Assembly: GCF_018350175.1 (NCBI RefSeq)
Contig: NC_058368.1
Span: 181,228,001 to 181,292,000 of the forward strand
Direction: 5' to 3'
DNA: 64,000 bases
DNA from: Felis catus
Taxonomy: Eukaryota
Shown: piece after piece, positions 12,201 through 26,310 of the stretch
Numbering within the stretch: the first letter of the stretch is position 1
Layout: the number at the start of each line of letters is the position of its first letter
Program-made: the position numbers and the translations under genes
The notes under the pieces: generated by a model
Database searches by the model: none
What the model was told of the DNA's origin: nothing
What the model saw: the letters and a program-made list of their open reading frames with translations, nothing else

Positions 12201-13758
12201 AAATAGAACTAAATGTATGGTTGTCGGGTACCAACTATTAGATGTCAGTACAGGGAAATGACTGCATCCTACAGTGGAGGGGGGAGCATAATGGATTGAA
12301 CCCTGCACTGATAGAGGAAAGGCTGTGAATTTACCAGAGTTGTGCTCTCTACATTGTCTACAGAAACACTGCTACATAAAATAAGCCACCATTTTAAGTC
12401 AGACAACTTTTCTTCCTCAGTGCTGAATCTAATCACAGGCAGCTTGAGTACTACCTACATACATGATTCCTAAGGCTCAAGAAACCTCTGTCCCTCCATC
12501 CTCCCAATGGTTCCCCTCTGGCCTTTCCTGAATCAGGTGCACCATTTGATCATTTGAATTATTTTTGAGAAAATATAAAATAAATGTGGGTTTTAAAGTC
12601 ACAAAACGTTTAGCCTGGTTCTCACCTGGTCCTCCTGTTTTCAATGTGAGACCCTGGGATGATTACTCAGACTCAGTTTTCATGTTGATAATAAGATTGT
12701 TAGAAAGTTAAATGATAGAATATATGACAAGCACCCAGCCTATATATGAAGTATTGCGGAGAGTGTAAGATCTCTCCCAGTCATGTTATTTATCCCCCTC
12801 CTCAATAAAACCCAGTTAACAAATACACGTTATCTGAAAACTTCAGAATGAGCTATTCAACTCATATGATGAAACTCATATGAATGAAATTACCAACATT
12901 CAACTGTTTTGTTTCACAAAAATGACAATGTTATATTATTCAGCCTAACATTACATCAATCTATTTTTCATCATTAATATATTTTGTCCCATCCTATAAT
13001 CAAATTAAATAGAGTTACTGGTCTCTTGGGATTTTGAAGGAGGGCTATAAAAGGCAGGTTTTGATTTTGGTTGTGGTAGACGAAAATCCAAGTTTTGGAG
13101 GTTAGTTTTCTTAGCACCTCAAATAGGGTCATTAGACAGAAAGCGAATGTCATTACTGAGCATGCAGATTTGAACAAGGAATAGAAAGGAAAAATAGAAT
13201 AATGAAATATTTCTGTATAGGGCAGGTCTGACTCTTTCCCTCTTAATTCTCCCTAGCCTCCCCACAGCCTGCACACAACACTGTCTTTGGTGGGCACAAC
13301 AGAAACCAGTCGACTGCTAAGTTGGATGGCATCAGCCTTTCCAAAGTAGCACAAATCCAGTAAGGACATAAGCCACTCAAGAAACTATACGTTTGTTTAC
13401 TGTATATGCTTTTAACTGTTCCCAGATAAAACCTCCATTTGTCAATGACCCAGCAGGGAGTAAATGAAAATGCTTATTCAGACCCCTCAGCAGAGAGAGC
13501 TCCCTTAATCCGCTCACTGATGAGATAACGCTGTAGGATTACAATAATCAACTTGCAGTATGTCCTCTATTAGTGCTTAAAACTATAGCAGTTCATAAGC
13601 ACTAGGAGATGTTTCTTCATTTACATAATATAGTGACAGACTTTCACCCTTCTGAGACCATCCATTATCTCCCTATCCCTTCCTTGAAGTATTTCAAATG
13701 GATACAATTATATTGAGGACCATTTAACAATCACATTCTAAATGCCTGAACTTATAAG

Positions 13759-13771
13759 TATGTATATATAC

Positions 13772-13818
<47 letters not shown>

Positions 13819-13902
13819 TATACATATATTTGTGGGTGGAAGGGTATATAAATGATATATATATATATATATGTGTATATCAGTGTGTATGTGTGTGTGT
13901 AT
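13759..13902. repeat. Compound (TA)n/(CA)n/(TG)n microsatellite
   Basis: Direct reading. Confidence 0.92.
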
Positions 13903-15419
13903 GTCCCATCACTTAGTTAAATCACCAAATTATAAACATATCTAGATATTAACAGTGACATTAAGCTTCTCAGCTTCCTCTCAGAGTGAGAATTACAATG
14001 AAGTGTCTGTGAGCCTGGTATGTAAATAGGGAAAGTAATAATGCACAGACTCTTCTTAAAATACTTTCTATATCACTATTAGTTTATGCGGTGACATTTT
14101 AAAGTTATTTCCCTCTACATCCTTTCCTAGTTAGCCAACGTAATGCCCACTGACAAAGAGAGAAGGCACTTTCTGATACACGTTTTTTTTAAGTTGGTTA
14201 AAATTCATGTTATGAAATTGCAAAAGTTTAGATAATTCATTCAAACTTGGCTTTTTTCCATGCACTTTTCTAAAGAAAATTTAAAGTGTCAAAAATACAT
14301 ATCTTGTGCTCATTATTAAATGCTAAATACCACAGTGTTTTGAGCTGCCTCGTGGCCATTGTAAAGAAAACAGGTGTTCTGATAGATTATAAAGTGTGAG
14401 TCAGATGATGTGTAGGACAGAATTTTAATGAAGCTGCAAGCACAGAACTCTGACTGGCCTCTTGAATATGATGCTAAAACCCTGAAAGTAGTTTTAAAGA
14501 CAAAATAGCAGGAACACAACTCAGAAAGCATTCATTAATAATCAACAAGTAAATGGGATGTGGAAAATCATTACATTGAGGTGCCTTAGCATTTCAATGC
14601 AATTTAATATAGCATTAGCCTAAGGAGAAGGTAGGTATAATTTGAAAGGACATCCAAGTCTTTGTGAATATGCAAATATACAAAGAATGTGTCTTAATCA
14701 CCACATTAAGTTACTAGTCAAGACCACAAGCACGCAAAAACCACAGTTCTACATACAGAGATGCCACTGGAGATGGAAAAAAGGCTCAGGAGTGTGGCAT
14801 CAAGGAATAATGATCAATTAATTAGTTCCTATATAGAGATCTTTTGTGAAACCATATTTTTCTACCTTTTGTTTTTCATTAAAATGTCTAGAAAAGAGAT
14901 GTAAGAGAAAAGGTACTTGGAATTTTAGGTGTGTGATGGAATTTCCAAAGAAAGAACTAGTCTACAAATAGGCAGCTCTTACATTGTGGGGAAGGGAAGA
15001 ACTTGCATTAAGTTAGTGATATCTCATTAACTATGAATTTATTATCTAGTTGCTTTTACAGAAGTCTAGATCATATCTGGTTTTTACTAACATTTTCCTC
15101 TCTACATGTCCCCCTGCCTTTAGAGATGGTTATATATAATTTATATCAATAATTTAGATACAAATATTAGCATTTATGTTTGCTGGCACTCATATGCAGT
15201 CATTATCAAGAACAATTTTTGATTAAGAAAACACTGAGTCTTTAGGCTAATATTGTAGCTATTTCAGAGCAAAGGTTATTAGAAGTTTCATCAAAAGAAC
15301 AGAACTTTCACATGAATGAAATTTCCTTTGGCTAAATAAACATAATTAATAAAAAAAACTGGAAATGAACTTGCCCCACATATTTATAGTGTAAACTAAA
15401 CATTGTCCTATTATTTCCT

Positions 15420-15560
15420 CATCTACCCTTTTCAGTTGACTTTAGGCTCTTTGAGGGCAGGGCTCTGAAGATTTCTATCCTGGTGTCTCCAGCATTTAGC
15501 AGACTGCCTGGCTCCAAAGCCAGTGGAAATATCCCATTGAGATTTTTTTTTATGAATAAA
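15420..15560. mobile_element. L2 3' end fragment
   Basis: gactttaggctctttgagggcaggg...tctccagcatttagcagactgcctggc...tgaataaa. Confidence 0.6.
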
Positions 15561-16397
15561 AGAGCTAAATGTTTATACATGATATAGAACTCTGAAAAAA
15601 AACTATTAAGACTAAATGAAAAGGCAATTTACAAATGGTTTCTAAACTATATGTCTTTTGACTTAAAAATTATATAATCTAGGAATAAAACAATGTTGTA
15701 CTTAACCTCTAAGATCCCCTGTGACATAAATAATGCTACTTTCCCATTATTTGTGTTACAGAGATACTTCACATATACTTACTTGTAGTCTACATCTTGC
15801 AGATGGTTGAAAAATTATACTTTTGCCAGGCCTGTTTATATGCACGTAGTCTCAAGTGAATATGGGTATTGTTTAAGGCTTAAGTGCACTTTGCCAATGA
15901 CATATTACCTATCATATTAAAAGGGAACTCATGTGAATGACAGTCAAAATAACTATACAACTCTTACTACCAATATTTACCTTCAAGAACTTGCTAGACT
16001 AGTGTTCCTTACCATTTCCTTGGAGTTATTTTCATTTATACCTCTGTATCTATTGTTCGTGTTGTAGGAAATGCGCTTGCTCTGGCTTGATACCTATTTA
16101 TGGTTTCTCTGTCAGTCATTCAAGCCCTATACTTTCTCTGAGAAGCCTTCCCTAATCTTCTAATGGGATGTCTCATTCCTCTGGATATCTCTGGTACTTA
16201 TGTTCTAACAATCACTTGCCACTTATTTAATGACTATTACCATTATTTATTTTTATAGGAATCCTAGTAGTTCTAACCAAATTTCAACCCCTGAAGACAT
16301 TGTTGCATGTCCCTCTGGGATGAACAAGGTTCCTATTAGTGTTGCTATTGAAATTCATATGTCAATAGAGGGTTTAAGAAGCACCAACTGTAATTAA

Positions 16398-16632
16398 TAT
16401 TGCTATATGATACATAGGAAAGATGTGAGGAGAGTAGATCCCAACAGTTCTCATCACAAGGAGAGATTTTTTTTTCTTTTCTTTTTATTGTATCTCTATG
16501 AGATGGTGGTGTTAACTAAACCTACTGTGGTAATCATTTCACAACATATGTAAAAGCAAACTATCATGCTGTGCACATTAAACTTACACAGTCACATAAG
16601 TCAATTCTTTCTCAATGAAGATGGAAAAAAAA
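16398..16632 (+). mobile_element. L1 (L1MB-like) 3' UTR end
   Basis: gagagtagatcccaacagttctcatcacaagg...gtaatcatttcacaacatatgt...ttctcaatgaagatggaaaaaaaa. Confidence 0.85.
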
Positions 16633-19600
16633 AGCACTGATCCATTTATTGCCTTATTTTCCTGACAATTCCTCCAGGAAGTGGATGTGGCCACTCCTAA
16701 TTGGCTGTTCGTTTCAAGGTCTTCTCTACAAGATGGTTGTCTCCTTGAGGATGGGGTAGAAATAGTGTGTTTATTTATGTCCTGTACTTTGAATAATACC
16801 TACTCAACATGGGTTGATACTTAATGACACCTTCTGGAATGAATAAAAGGGAATATTAAGATTTAGTATGCTGAAATGTCACACGGCTAGTGAGTTGAAG
16901 AGCAGGAAGAAACCCCATCTGCATGCCTCCTAGTGACATAGTCTTAAGCACATAGTACTGCAGACAAAAGAACAGGTAATCTGGACATTTAAAGAAACAG
17001 CTAAGAGAGTAGATGACTAAAGAGGAGACAATACTTAGATGCCTTATATTTCTTCCTTCCCAGAGAACTATAGCATTAATTTGACCACGGTGAGACCCAG
17101 GAGAACAGAGTCTTACTCAGCAGGATGATGACTGTCGGCCAACTCAATAGAAAAGCTAACAATAGGATGTCAGTAAAGGCTAAACTGCTTTTCCTCCCGT
17201 AGAAGTGGCTCCTGAATGTCTAGGGTGAGATATTTTGAGAAACAGGAAAGCTTCTGCTGAATGGATATGGAGGAATCACAGAACATCACTGACTACCCCA
17301 GGCTAAGAATAAGTGCACTTCATTACAGCAGATAAAAAAATGTGTGTTCGGTTCATCCAGTCAAGCACACCTGCTCTAAAGTGGCCATTCCAGGGGATTC
17401 TGAGAGTGTCATGATATCAAAGATACAGCACAACATGCCAAAACAAAAATTTAGAAACATAAGTAATGAGGTTTCACAGAGTATCTGCATAGTTAAGTGT
17501 TTCCTACCAAACAGGCTCATAAGGCTTATCTATGTCTACTATAAAAGAGCACTTTAACTTCTGGGAAGCAAGCTTCACTTTCATTACCCCAGGTTTAGCT
17601 TATATTGCTGTTTACTTTCCTTTCACCGAATTTTACTCTATTATTAAAATAATATTCTACATTTTATTACCCCTGAACATCTCAAAGTAAAACATATTTT
17701 AGCACCCAAATAGGTATGGGCATACTTTAAGAGGTATTTTCAGAAACTCTCAGAATCCATGGGTCATGTAAGTGACATGTTACTAAGGAAGATAAAAGAG
17801 AGCTCAAAGTAAACCATTATTCCTTGCTTTCTATCCAATTAAATTAAAGCCAACAAATGGCCTAAACCCCAGTGGAATGAGAGTTACAGATTTTATCTCA
17901 TGTCTATGAAAAATGAGACTTTGGGGAAACCTTTGTGTTTCAACTCTTCCACAATAAAATCATATCTTCAAACCAGTTACACCTAGTCCCAATTTCTTTC
18001 ACAATCCAATCCCCTATCAATTCTTTATTTGTGTCCTAATCAATTATAATTTAAGAGCACTGACAACTAGAAGTGTTGTGTAGTTGCTCTTACCATCCTA
18101 GCTTCAGTGTAAGGTACAATACTGCAACTTACCCATTTAAAAATTATAAAAGGGGAAAAACACAAGAAAACTACTTCATAAAAATAGACACCAGAAAATC
18201 TCAGGCACAGGAAGAATTAAATTGCTTTTCCTAGAGTTCCATAGGTAATTCTGACATTGGTGTCACTAGAGAGCAATGGATAAACTATATTTTAAAAATA
18301 ATTTTGTAATAAATCTCAGCCCTCTTCTAAACCTAAGAGCTGTAGTTAGGAGGCTAAATATACTGCCAAAGAAACATCAGTAAAAGGAAAACAAACATAT
18401 ACAAAAGATGTTATTCCTTTCTGCTTATTTAGAGGAACTAATAGTGCTCATGCTATAAATCCATTACAGCCAGTGATTTCAGTGTGTCCCTGGAAGTGTA
18501 GGGATTGTAATCTGTATAAATTAATATAAAGATGCTTATTAAGCACCATCATGTATCTTAGCATCTGGTGTTAGGGTATTCATTTTAACTGAACTATTTT
18601 GAAATGGTGCTGATGTAACTCAGAATTTAAATAAGCAAGATTTAGAGTTGCCAAAATAGCTATGTGGGCCATGCCAAAATTGTTTTTAGCAACAAACACC
18701 TATATCACAGTTTATATCAGAGATCTCTTGTTGGATACATGCACCATCTGAACACACAAGTATGTGCACTCTCAAGGGCATTTCCTGTATTTTCATGTCA
18801 CAGTCCTTGTATTCCCTAGTATTTAAATCATTAAGATAGTTTTTGAGTTATTTATAACCAAATCCAACTGACATTCAAGGACTTTCGAATCTAGAGCCTC
18901 CCAGTCCAATTCTGAGGTTGTCCATCTATGCAAACTCTAAAACAAAGGATCACATGACTCAAATGCTCAGTATTTCAGCTTCGCTTTAAAATCCAGGTGT
19001 GTTGCCCATAAAGGCTGATAATGACTTCCTGAGATTGTCTTTACAAATTGCTTAAACTGAGAAATTCTACCTAAAATCCTATTCCTCATAAAGTTTGAAA
19101 TAGAGGCTTTCTTGGTATTTAGTGACCCAAAATGTGGAATCTCACTTTAGTTGAGCTAATTAAATGTGTGGTTGGAAATATATGGCAAATGTACCATCAC
19201 TCCTTCATTCTATGCCAAAGGCAGGCATAATTAATTGATCATTAATCTCTTTCTATTTAGTTTAGGCTTGACCTCCTAATGCTAACATCACAGGCTACCA
19301 GGCATATCAGGTAGTCGTGACTAACAGATTGGAGCTGGCACTTGCAATCCCAGTTCTCCATTTCTCGTATTCACAAAGGAGAAAATTGAGATTCAGCAAA
19401 AATGATTTCCTCTCTGCCACAAACCTAGTTAATGACAGAGTCCTTAAGACTGTTTTATGGCAAGTCCTCTAATGACAAAGGCATACAAATTCCTGACCCA
19501 CTGTAGGAATTGGTGGCAAAGAAGCATTAAGGTTGATTAGCAGTTGGAGGTGATTAAAAAGAAACTGTTCAGTTCTAGAGCAGAGAAGAAGGAATGCTCC

Positions 19601-21769
19601 AGGGTGCAACTGCTCCTGGCACCTCCACCTAACTGTTGGGAGTTCGTGAATCCTACTCTTTCCCAAGGCCCAAATCACATTTTATTTTCTCACTGGAATT
19701 TTTACTTACCCTTTGAACCCTCCAAAATCAAAGTTCTAAATTCCTACTCTTTAGTTTGAATTCCCAATTTTTATTTCTCCTCCCTGGATGACAGTTACCA
19801 TTGCCTTTGTGTATATTTTATATCCTTGTTACTAGATCATGGATTAGTTAAGGATATGGGGCTATATTTATCTGGAATTTATGCTAATCCCTTATCACGT
19901 TGGCTCATTTATAGAATATGTTCAATAAATGTCTGTGGAATGAACAACACAGAGCAAGATGTAGAACAAAGTAGAGATAGAAGAAGGACGTTGACTCTAT
20001 GTTTAAACATGATGCCACCTCCTTCCCCCACACTATTTTTTTCCCCCATCCTACAGAATACTAAACTTGGAATCTGTTTCATCTTAAAACGAGAGATGAA
20101 GAAAGGCAATGATTTAATAGTTGTATTTGTAAACATATATGCATGCAATAATACATTGAAAGTTTTGTAATTATAATTTAAGAAATGCAGATATGATGAT
20201 AGGTAGAGTAACTTGTCCAGAAGAAAAACAACAAAAATAACAACTAAACTATACTAAATCATCAACGTCTTTTCTTTGAATGAGCACTAGATTTTTTTCC
20301 CTATAATAACAGTTTGGGAAAATAATTATCAAGAAATATTCATAAAACATAAACACAAAACATAACATGCCAATCCTCTTTATCTATTTCCCTCTTCATT
20401 CAAAGTGTCTTTCAAGAAAAAATGGCATTTTCAAAGGGAATAAAGTGAACTATACAAATCAGTGATAGTTGCATCTACATAAATCAGAAATTCACTAATT
20501 ACATCACAAGGTGCTATAGGTGCAGTCGTGGACATTATTTCATGGAAATTCCTATTAGTCGGTACATGGTAAATTGTTTTAGGAAAGATAATAGCAAGCA
20601 TAGTGTTGCATTTAGAAGACAAAAGAAAAAGAAAGTCACTAGTAACTTGTAAACTTTGAAGGCTATGTTACTAATGTATTAATAGAGTATGTTACAAACT
20701 GAACAAATACATATATCTCAGTACATATGAAAAATAAACATCAATTAAATTAAATTCAACAAATGTTTGTAGTGCACCTATTTGTGCCAAGTGCTGTCCT
20801 AGACTCCGGTTGCAAAATTACATGGCATATTGACCTGCTTTTGAATGGATAAAGATGTGAAATATATATAAGTAAAAACTTGATTTGTGAGTATAATTTG
20901 TTCTAGAAGCATGCTTACAATCCAAAGCACTTGCATGTCAACATGAATTTCCCCATAATAAATAATGGAAACTCAGATGAATCATTTTACAACCCAAAAA
21001 TATTCATAAAACTGATTACAATACTGCAATATAATACAAAACAATAAATAAAATGTGAAATATAAAGAAAAAATAAACAAATTAACCTGCATTTGGCTTT
21101 GAAAACCTTCATGGCTGGTGTAAGGGACATAAGAGAGAGGAGCTTTATTATGTAGGATGACTTTTACTATCACTAACAGAATCACTGCTATCTATTTGCT
21201 CCATGGAATCTTTTTCTGCCCATTATATATGCCCGTACAGATGTTGACTACAGTACAGTGTTAATAAACTCTTGTCATATACTGTATTTAATGTAACTGG
21301 CAATAAGGCAGCACAGGAAAGGGTCTATATCTGCAGGCAGCCTGACCTAGAATGAAGCAAAGCATTCCTAAGCTTACTCTTGTATGGAAAAGCAAAGGAC
21401 TGTCCATAGGTGCTTTAAAGTGACAAAAAATACACTAGTGCCAGTTGGGGGCACCTTCCAATGTTCTGAGAAATCAGCGATATGTGCCAAACACCATGGC
21501 CTAAGCCCAAGCATCTGACCATGGGAGATGATCACCCACAATCCCACAGTGAGAGAGAGAAGAACCATTGGTTCAGCTGTGATCATGTAGCATTCAGCAT
21601 CACACACTACTTATATTACAAGATATCACTTATTTATCATGTTAAAATTTATTAGAAATATTTGCTTGTCTTGTGGAACACTCACAGAACAAATTACTCC
21701 CAATCCAAGATTTTACTGCACATTCACACATACACACATATATAATATGCATGCACGTATATAGTATAT

Positions 21770-21781
21770 ATGCATATTGTA

Positions 21782-21837
<56 letters not shown>

Positions 21838-21879
21838 TTGTGTATATATACATACACACACACACATATATATACACAT

Positions 21880-21942
<63 letters not shown>
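21770..21942. repeat. Compound (TG)/(TA)/(CA) microsatellite forming an inverted repeat
   Basis: Direct reading; arms about 21792-21850 and 21867-21927 are near reverse complements. Confidence 0.95.
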
Positions 21943-21946
<4 letters not shown>

Positions 21947-22452
21947 AATGTTCAGCCATTAGAAAGAAGGACATCCTGTCATTTACAACAACATGGATAG
22001 AACTTGAGTATATTATGCTAAGTGATGTAAGTCAGATGGAGAAAGACAAAATACTGTATGATAGCACTTCTGTGTGGAAACTAAAAACACTGAACTCATG
22101 GAAACAGAGAGTAGAATGGTGGTTACCAGAGACGGGGAAATGGGAGAAATGGGGAGATGTTGGTCAAAGAGTACAAACTTCCAGTTATAAGATGAATATG
22201 TTCTGAGGACCTAATGTGCAACATGGTATTATAGTTAACAATACTGTATTATATACTTGAAAGTTCCTAGGAGAGTAGATATTAAATGTTCTTATCACAA
22301 AAACAAAGAAGTAATTAAGTGACTTGATGCAGATGTTAGATAACCCTCTGATGGTACATATTGTGCAATATGTAAGTGTATTCAATCAACACATTGTATA
22401 CCTTAAACTTGCACAAGTTGTTGGTCAATTATATCTAGATAAAACTATAAAA
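21943..22452 (+). mobile_element. L1MA-like ORF2 end plus 3' UTR
   Basis: Translates to ...[33 protein letters not shown] (L1 ORF2 C-terminus), followed by gatgttggtcaaagagtacaaacttccagttataagatgaat. Confidence 0.9.
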
Positions 22453-22604
22453 AGACAGTTAATAAATATAACTATGGAAAAATATGTTGATAGTGGAAAG
22501 GCACACAAATAGATGATAGTTCAATATCATTCTTTACTGGCTTTCATTTATATTTTAGATCTGAGATATGTTATCCTTTCATTCTATTTATCCTCATCAT
22601 AGGG

Positions 22605-22820
22605 ACTTGGGAGTCAGACTCAGGCTCTGCCAGTTAATAGCTTTTAAGCTTCATTGGGTTACTCAGCAATCCTAGGCCTAGAGTAGGATAATAAATAATG
22701 AATATCTTCATTTAGTAGCATTACTGTTAAAACTATGTGAGGCAATGCTTGTGAAGTGCTTAGCATGGTTCCTGGCACATGGTAAGTGCTCAATAAATGT
22801 TCGTTCTTTTTACTATTTTA
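22605..22820 (+). mobile_element. MIR
   Basis: ggagtcagactcaggctctgcc...gtgaagtgcttagcatggttcctggcacatggtaagtgctcaataaatgtt. Confidence 0.75.
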
Positions 22821-25800
22821 TCACTAATAATAATGACCTCTGCTAGAAAACTCAAATAACTTTAATTACATATTAAATTCCAAATTATTAGATTCTCAAG
22901 TGTAGAACTGTTGCAAATCAAAACATGACAAGTGGCATAAGAAATATAATTCCAAAAAAGAATCAACCAAAATTAAATGTGCTAATTAAGTGTCGATTAA
23001 AGGTATCTCCCTTAAACCTCATATTTGAAATAAAACTGCAGAGTAAACACAACTTTTCAAGTTAATCCAATAACTTCGGCATTTTGAATGTCCTCAATTA
23101 TTTCAAGTGAAGTAAAACTATCTCTAAGTACATCTCCCTTGTGAGGAAACTGACTCAACAATGGCTCAAGGGGAAATACAGCATTGCTTCTCACCACAAT
23201 TAGAAATTTTAATATATTTAATTTAAGGACAATTAGTCTACAGTCAACGGAGCTTACACAATCTGACAGTTATGGATAATACCCTGAGGTAGCAAAAATA
23301 TAGACAAGAAGAATGACCTTTATTTGTCACACTGAGAAACAGTTATACCCTAAAATATTAAAAGATATGTCAGAGATTAGAAAAAAATGAATTTGAGATT
23401 CTAATTCATACAGAATTTTGAGAGAGAAGGGTTAAGAACCCACTATTTTTCCAATAAAATTGACAAAATAAAAGGAAACCTCTACCATAACTTTTTTTTT
23501 TATTTGTAAGAAACAGCTTCTAACATTGGCGTATTTCTATTCTGCTGTATCAGGTGACAAGAAAGTATAAACTGTCCTGCCAGTGTGTGCCTTTTAGTGG
23601 CATGCTTGGCGTGATAACATATAAAAGACAGCTGAAGTACTCTTTTGTCCCAACTGTATTTTTTTTCCCTTCAAATTCTGTGAATCTGTGGAGCCATCAG
23701 GATCTGGTTTATAATTTAATTGAGCTGAGGTTTACACTCATAACTAAACAATAAAGTTAAAGTAATGAGTTTCAATCACAGGACTGTAGCACATAGTTTA
23801 ATTTACATAGATAATTAAAATCACCACCCCTACTGTCCTTTCTTTGTACTTGGAGCTGTACTAGCAAGATAGCTGGATATTACCAGTGTCCCTTTTCCAT
23901 TAAAGAAAAAGGGAGGAAAGAAAAGGGGTGTGGAGAGCCATTTTAATGTAATTCACTCATCCCCTTTCAAAGAGGGAAGATGCTTCAAGTAAAATATGTT
24001 TGGACCAATTGGTTTTAAGTTCCAAGTGAAAATTATTCTGATAATTAAGGGAAGTTTAGCAAACTGGCATGAGTGCATCAATAGAAAACATTATTTCTGC
24101 CTTTATTTTCCTGCATGATCAGTGGGGTTTCCTTCATAAACTTGAGTTACATATCCTTATCTGCTGAGTCACAGAGCTCTTTCTATGGGCAGTAATTTCT
24201 CATTCTACTAATCATTTGCAAACTATTATTTAACTGTCAGATCTCCATGGTAGAGTGACAAGTTCTAATTTTATAAGTAGAAAGAAAAATACAATCTACA
24301 GGGGGAAAAAAACATAATCACTCCTATGGTAATTGTTATTTATCAGTGAATCCCTTACTAACCTATCCACAGCAACCTGGCGTTTGTTTTATTTTTTCTT
24401 TTGGTTTTCATTGACTTCTGCAATTGAAGTTAGAGCTTAGCAACCTGATATTGTTTGACAGGGTTGAAGGGGAAGCCATTATTACTTGTGACACTAATGC
24501 CACGATTTGCATGATGTCACTCAGCCCAGGCTAGGGATGGGATGCCTACATTCATCCTGAATTGAAGATATGTAGGGGTGACAGGTATTTCTGAGAGCAT
24601 AGCAGCAATCTATGTCCTAATTTTTATAGAGGTTGGGGATTTTATGTAAAAGAGGTATACTATGCCATATATTTCTTAGGTATCTTTGCTGTGTTACATT
24701 GCATTTTTAGTATTTTATTAAACACACTAAACTTTTTTGTTGACAGAGTACCATCAGAAGATGAGAAATCCTGAATTTAACGAGTAGTGACACAGAGCGT
24801 TGATACTACATTTCATGGCCAATGAGATACTCTAAGAAAAGTAAATAAATAAAAATACTTGGGAATAATACAGCTTAAGAATAAGAATGAATTAAATTTT
24901 TAAAATTTTTATTTCTTGAGAGGTAGGTGCTATTCTATTTATCTGAAAGCATGGCACACTTAAAATTACAATTAATTTACCACTAAGAAAGTTGATAGTT
25001 GAGTTCTTATACTTAAGAACGACATACAGAAATCCAATTACAAATTCAAAAAATGCTTCTGGCAACTTGTTTTGCTTTAATAATATGTATTAATAATTAA
25101 CTGACATTTTACACTAGAAAAGTTGTTTAAGTCTGATGGCTAATTATGTGAGTGAAGATAGAACATTCACAAACAAATTAATTTGGATTTATTTAATTTA
25201 GACACATTTAAAAAGTAGTCACAAGATGATAGATCATTTTCAACCCCAGAAACTCATGTCTAGAAAGATCTTTAAATACTTGCCAGCAAATACTTCTACA
25301 TCCCATTTAAGATTGATCCTAAATATACAACCACTCATGTTCTGCAACTAGAAAGTAAGAATTCAATGAAGTGAAACTATTAAACTGATAGTTATAGTTA
25401 CACACACACTCTCTTTCCACACACTTACCTTAATGATGGGGCTAAGCATCAGGAAATGGACCAGAAGTCAAGCAACACTTATGTGTGATTACACCACATG
25501 AACTCTACCCTAGCAAATCTGGCCCTATTACTGAGTCTTATTTGCCAAAAATAGCTTTACATATGACTTCAGACATCACAGTATTTGCGATAGTAAGATG
25601 CCAAATTATTTTCATTTTCTGAAAAGAATTGACATGTGGTTCCTGATTTTGTATTCTGGCCTGGACCAAAAACCAACTTTCACAAAGTTAGCTGTCGTTA
25701 AAGCTAACTAACATGGTTCTCTCCATGTCCTTCACAGTGGAATCTTAGAAGAAAGGTGAAGGAGTTTGTAACTAGGTAGAAATAATAAGTACAATTGCAT

Positions 25801-25979
25801 GAAATTATTTGCATGCATCCCACTGTTCTTACTGATAGTCAATTTGGTGTTACATGGAGTCTAAGAAATATTGTTAGACATTCCATGTGAAATGTTATAT
25901 GCTACTCTAAAAACACATGACAAAGCATGCAATACATAAAAAGTGAGCACTCTTTTAAGGCACTCATATCACAGTAAAT

Positions 25980-26310
25980 CATTGCCATACTGACATTTCT
26001 ATCTGGAATGCTTTACTTTTCTCGGTCCCTTGGTCACTTCCTACTCATGTTTTAAGCTTGTGCTTAAATATCAATTTCTTGAAACAGATTTCCCTTATCC
26101 AAGGTCATACAGACTATGCCCCCTTTAATACTTTCTCATCACCCCCTAAATTTCCCTTCATAGAACCTATCACAACTAGTGAGTATACATCTATAGCTTT
26201 TTCAATTCATGGCTGCTACTCCTAGCTCCATGAGGACAAAGACCGTTTCTATTTATGCATTGCTATATACCCTAAGTAAATACTTATTTTTTGAAAAAGG
26301 AATGAATGGA
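25980..26310. mobile_element. L2 fragment
   Basis: ctatctggaatgcttt...acttcctactcatgttttaag...agctccatgaggacaaagacc...ggaatgaatgg. Confidence 0.65.

Noticed and set aside
14330..14482. Minus-strand acceptor (actactttcag) with an open frame
   Set aside because: Weak donor (GTG|gtattt) and unrecognisable peptide; such sites are common by chance
21642..22206. ORFs with YI/HT/CV repeats (up to 177 aa)
   Set aside because: Stop-free dinucleotide microsatellite fused to an L1 ORF2 tail; not a gene
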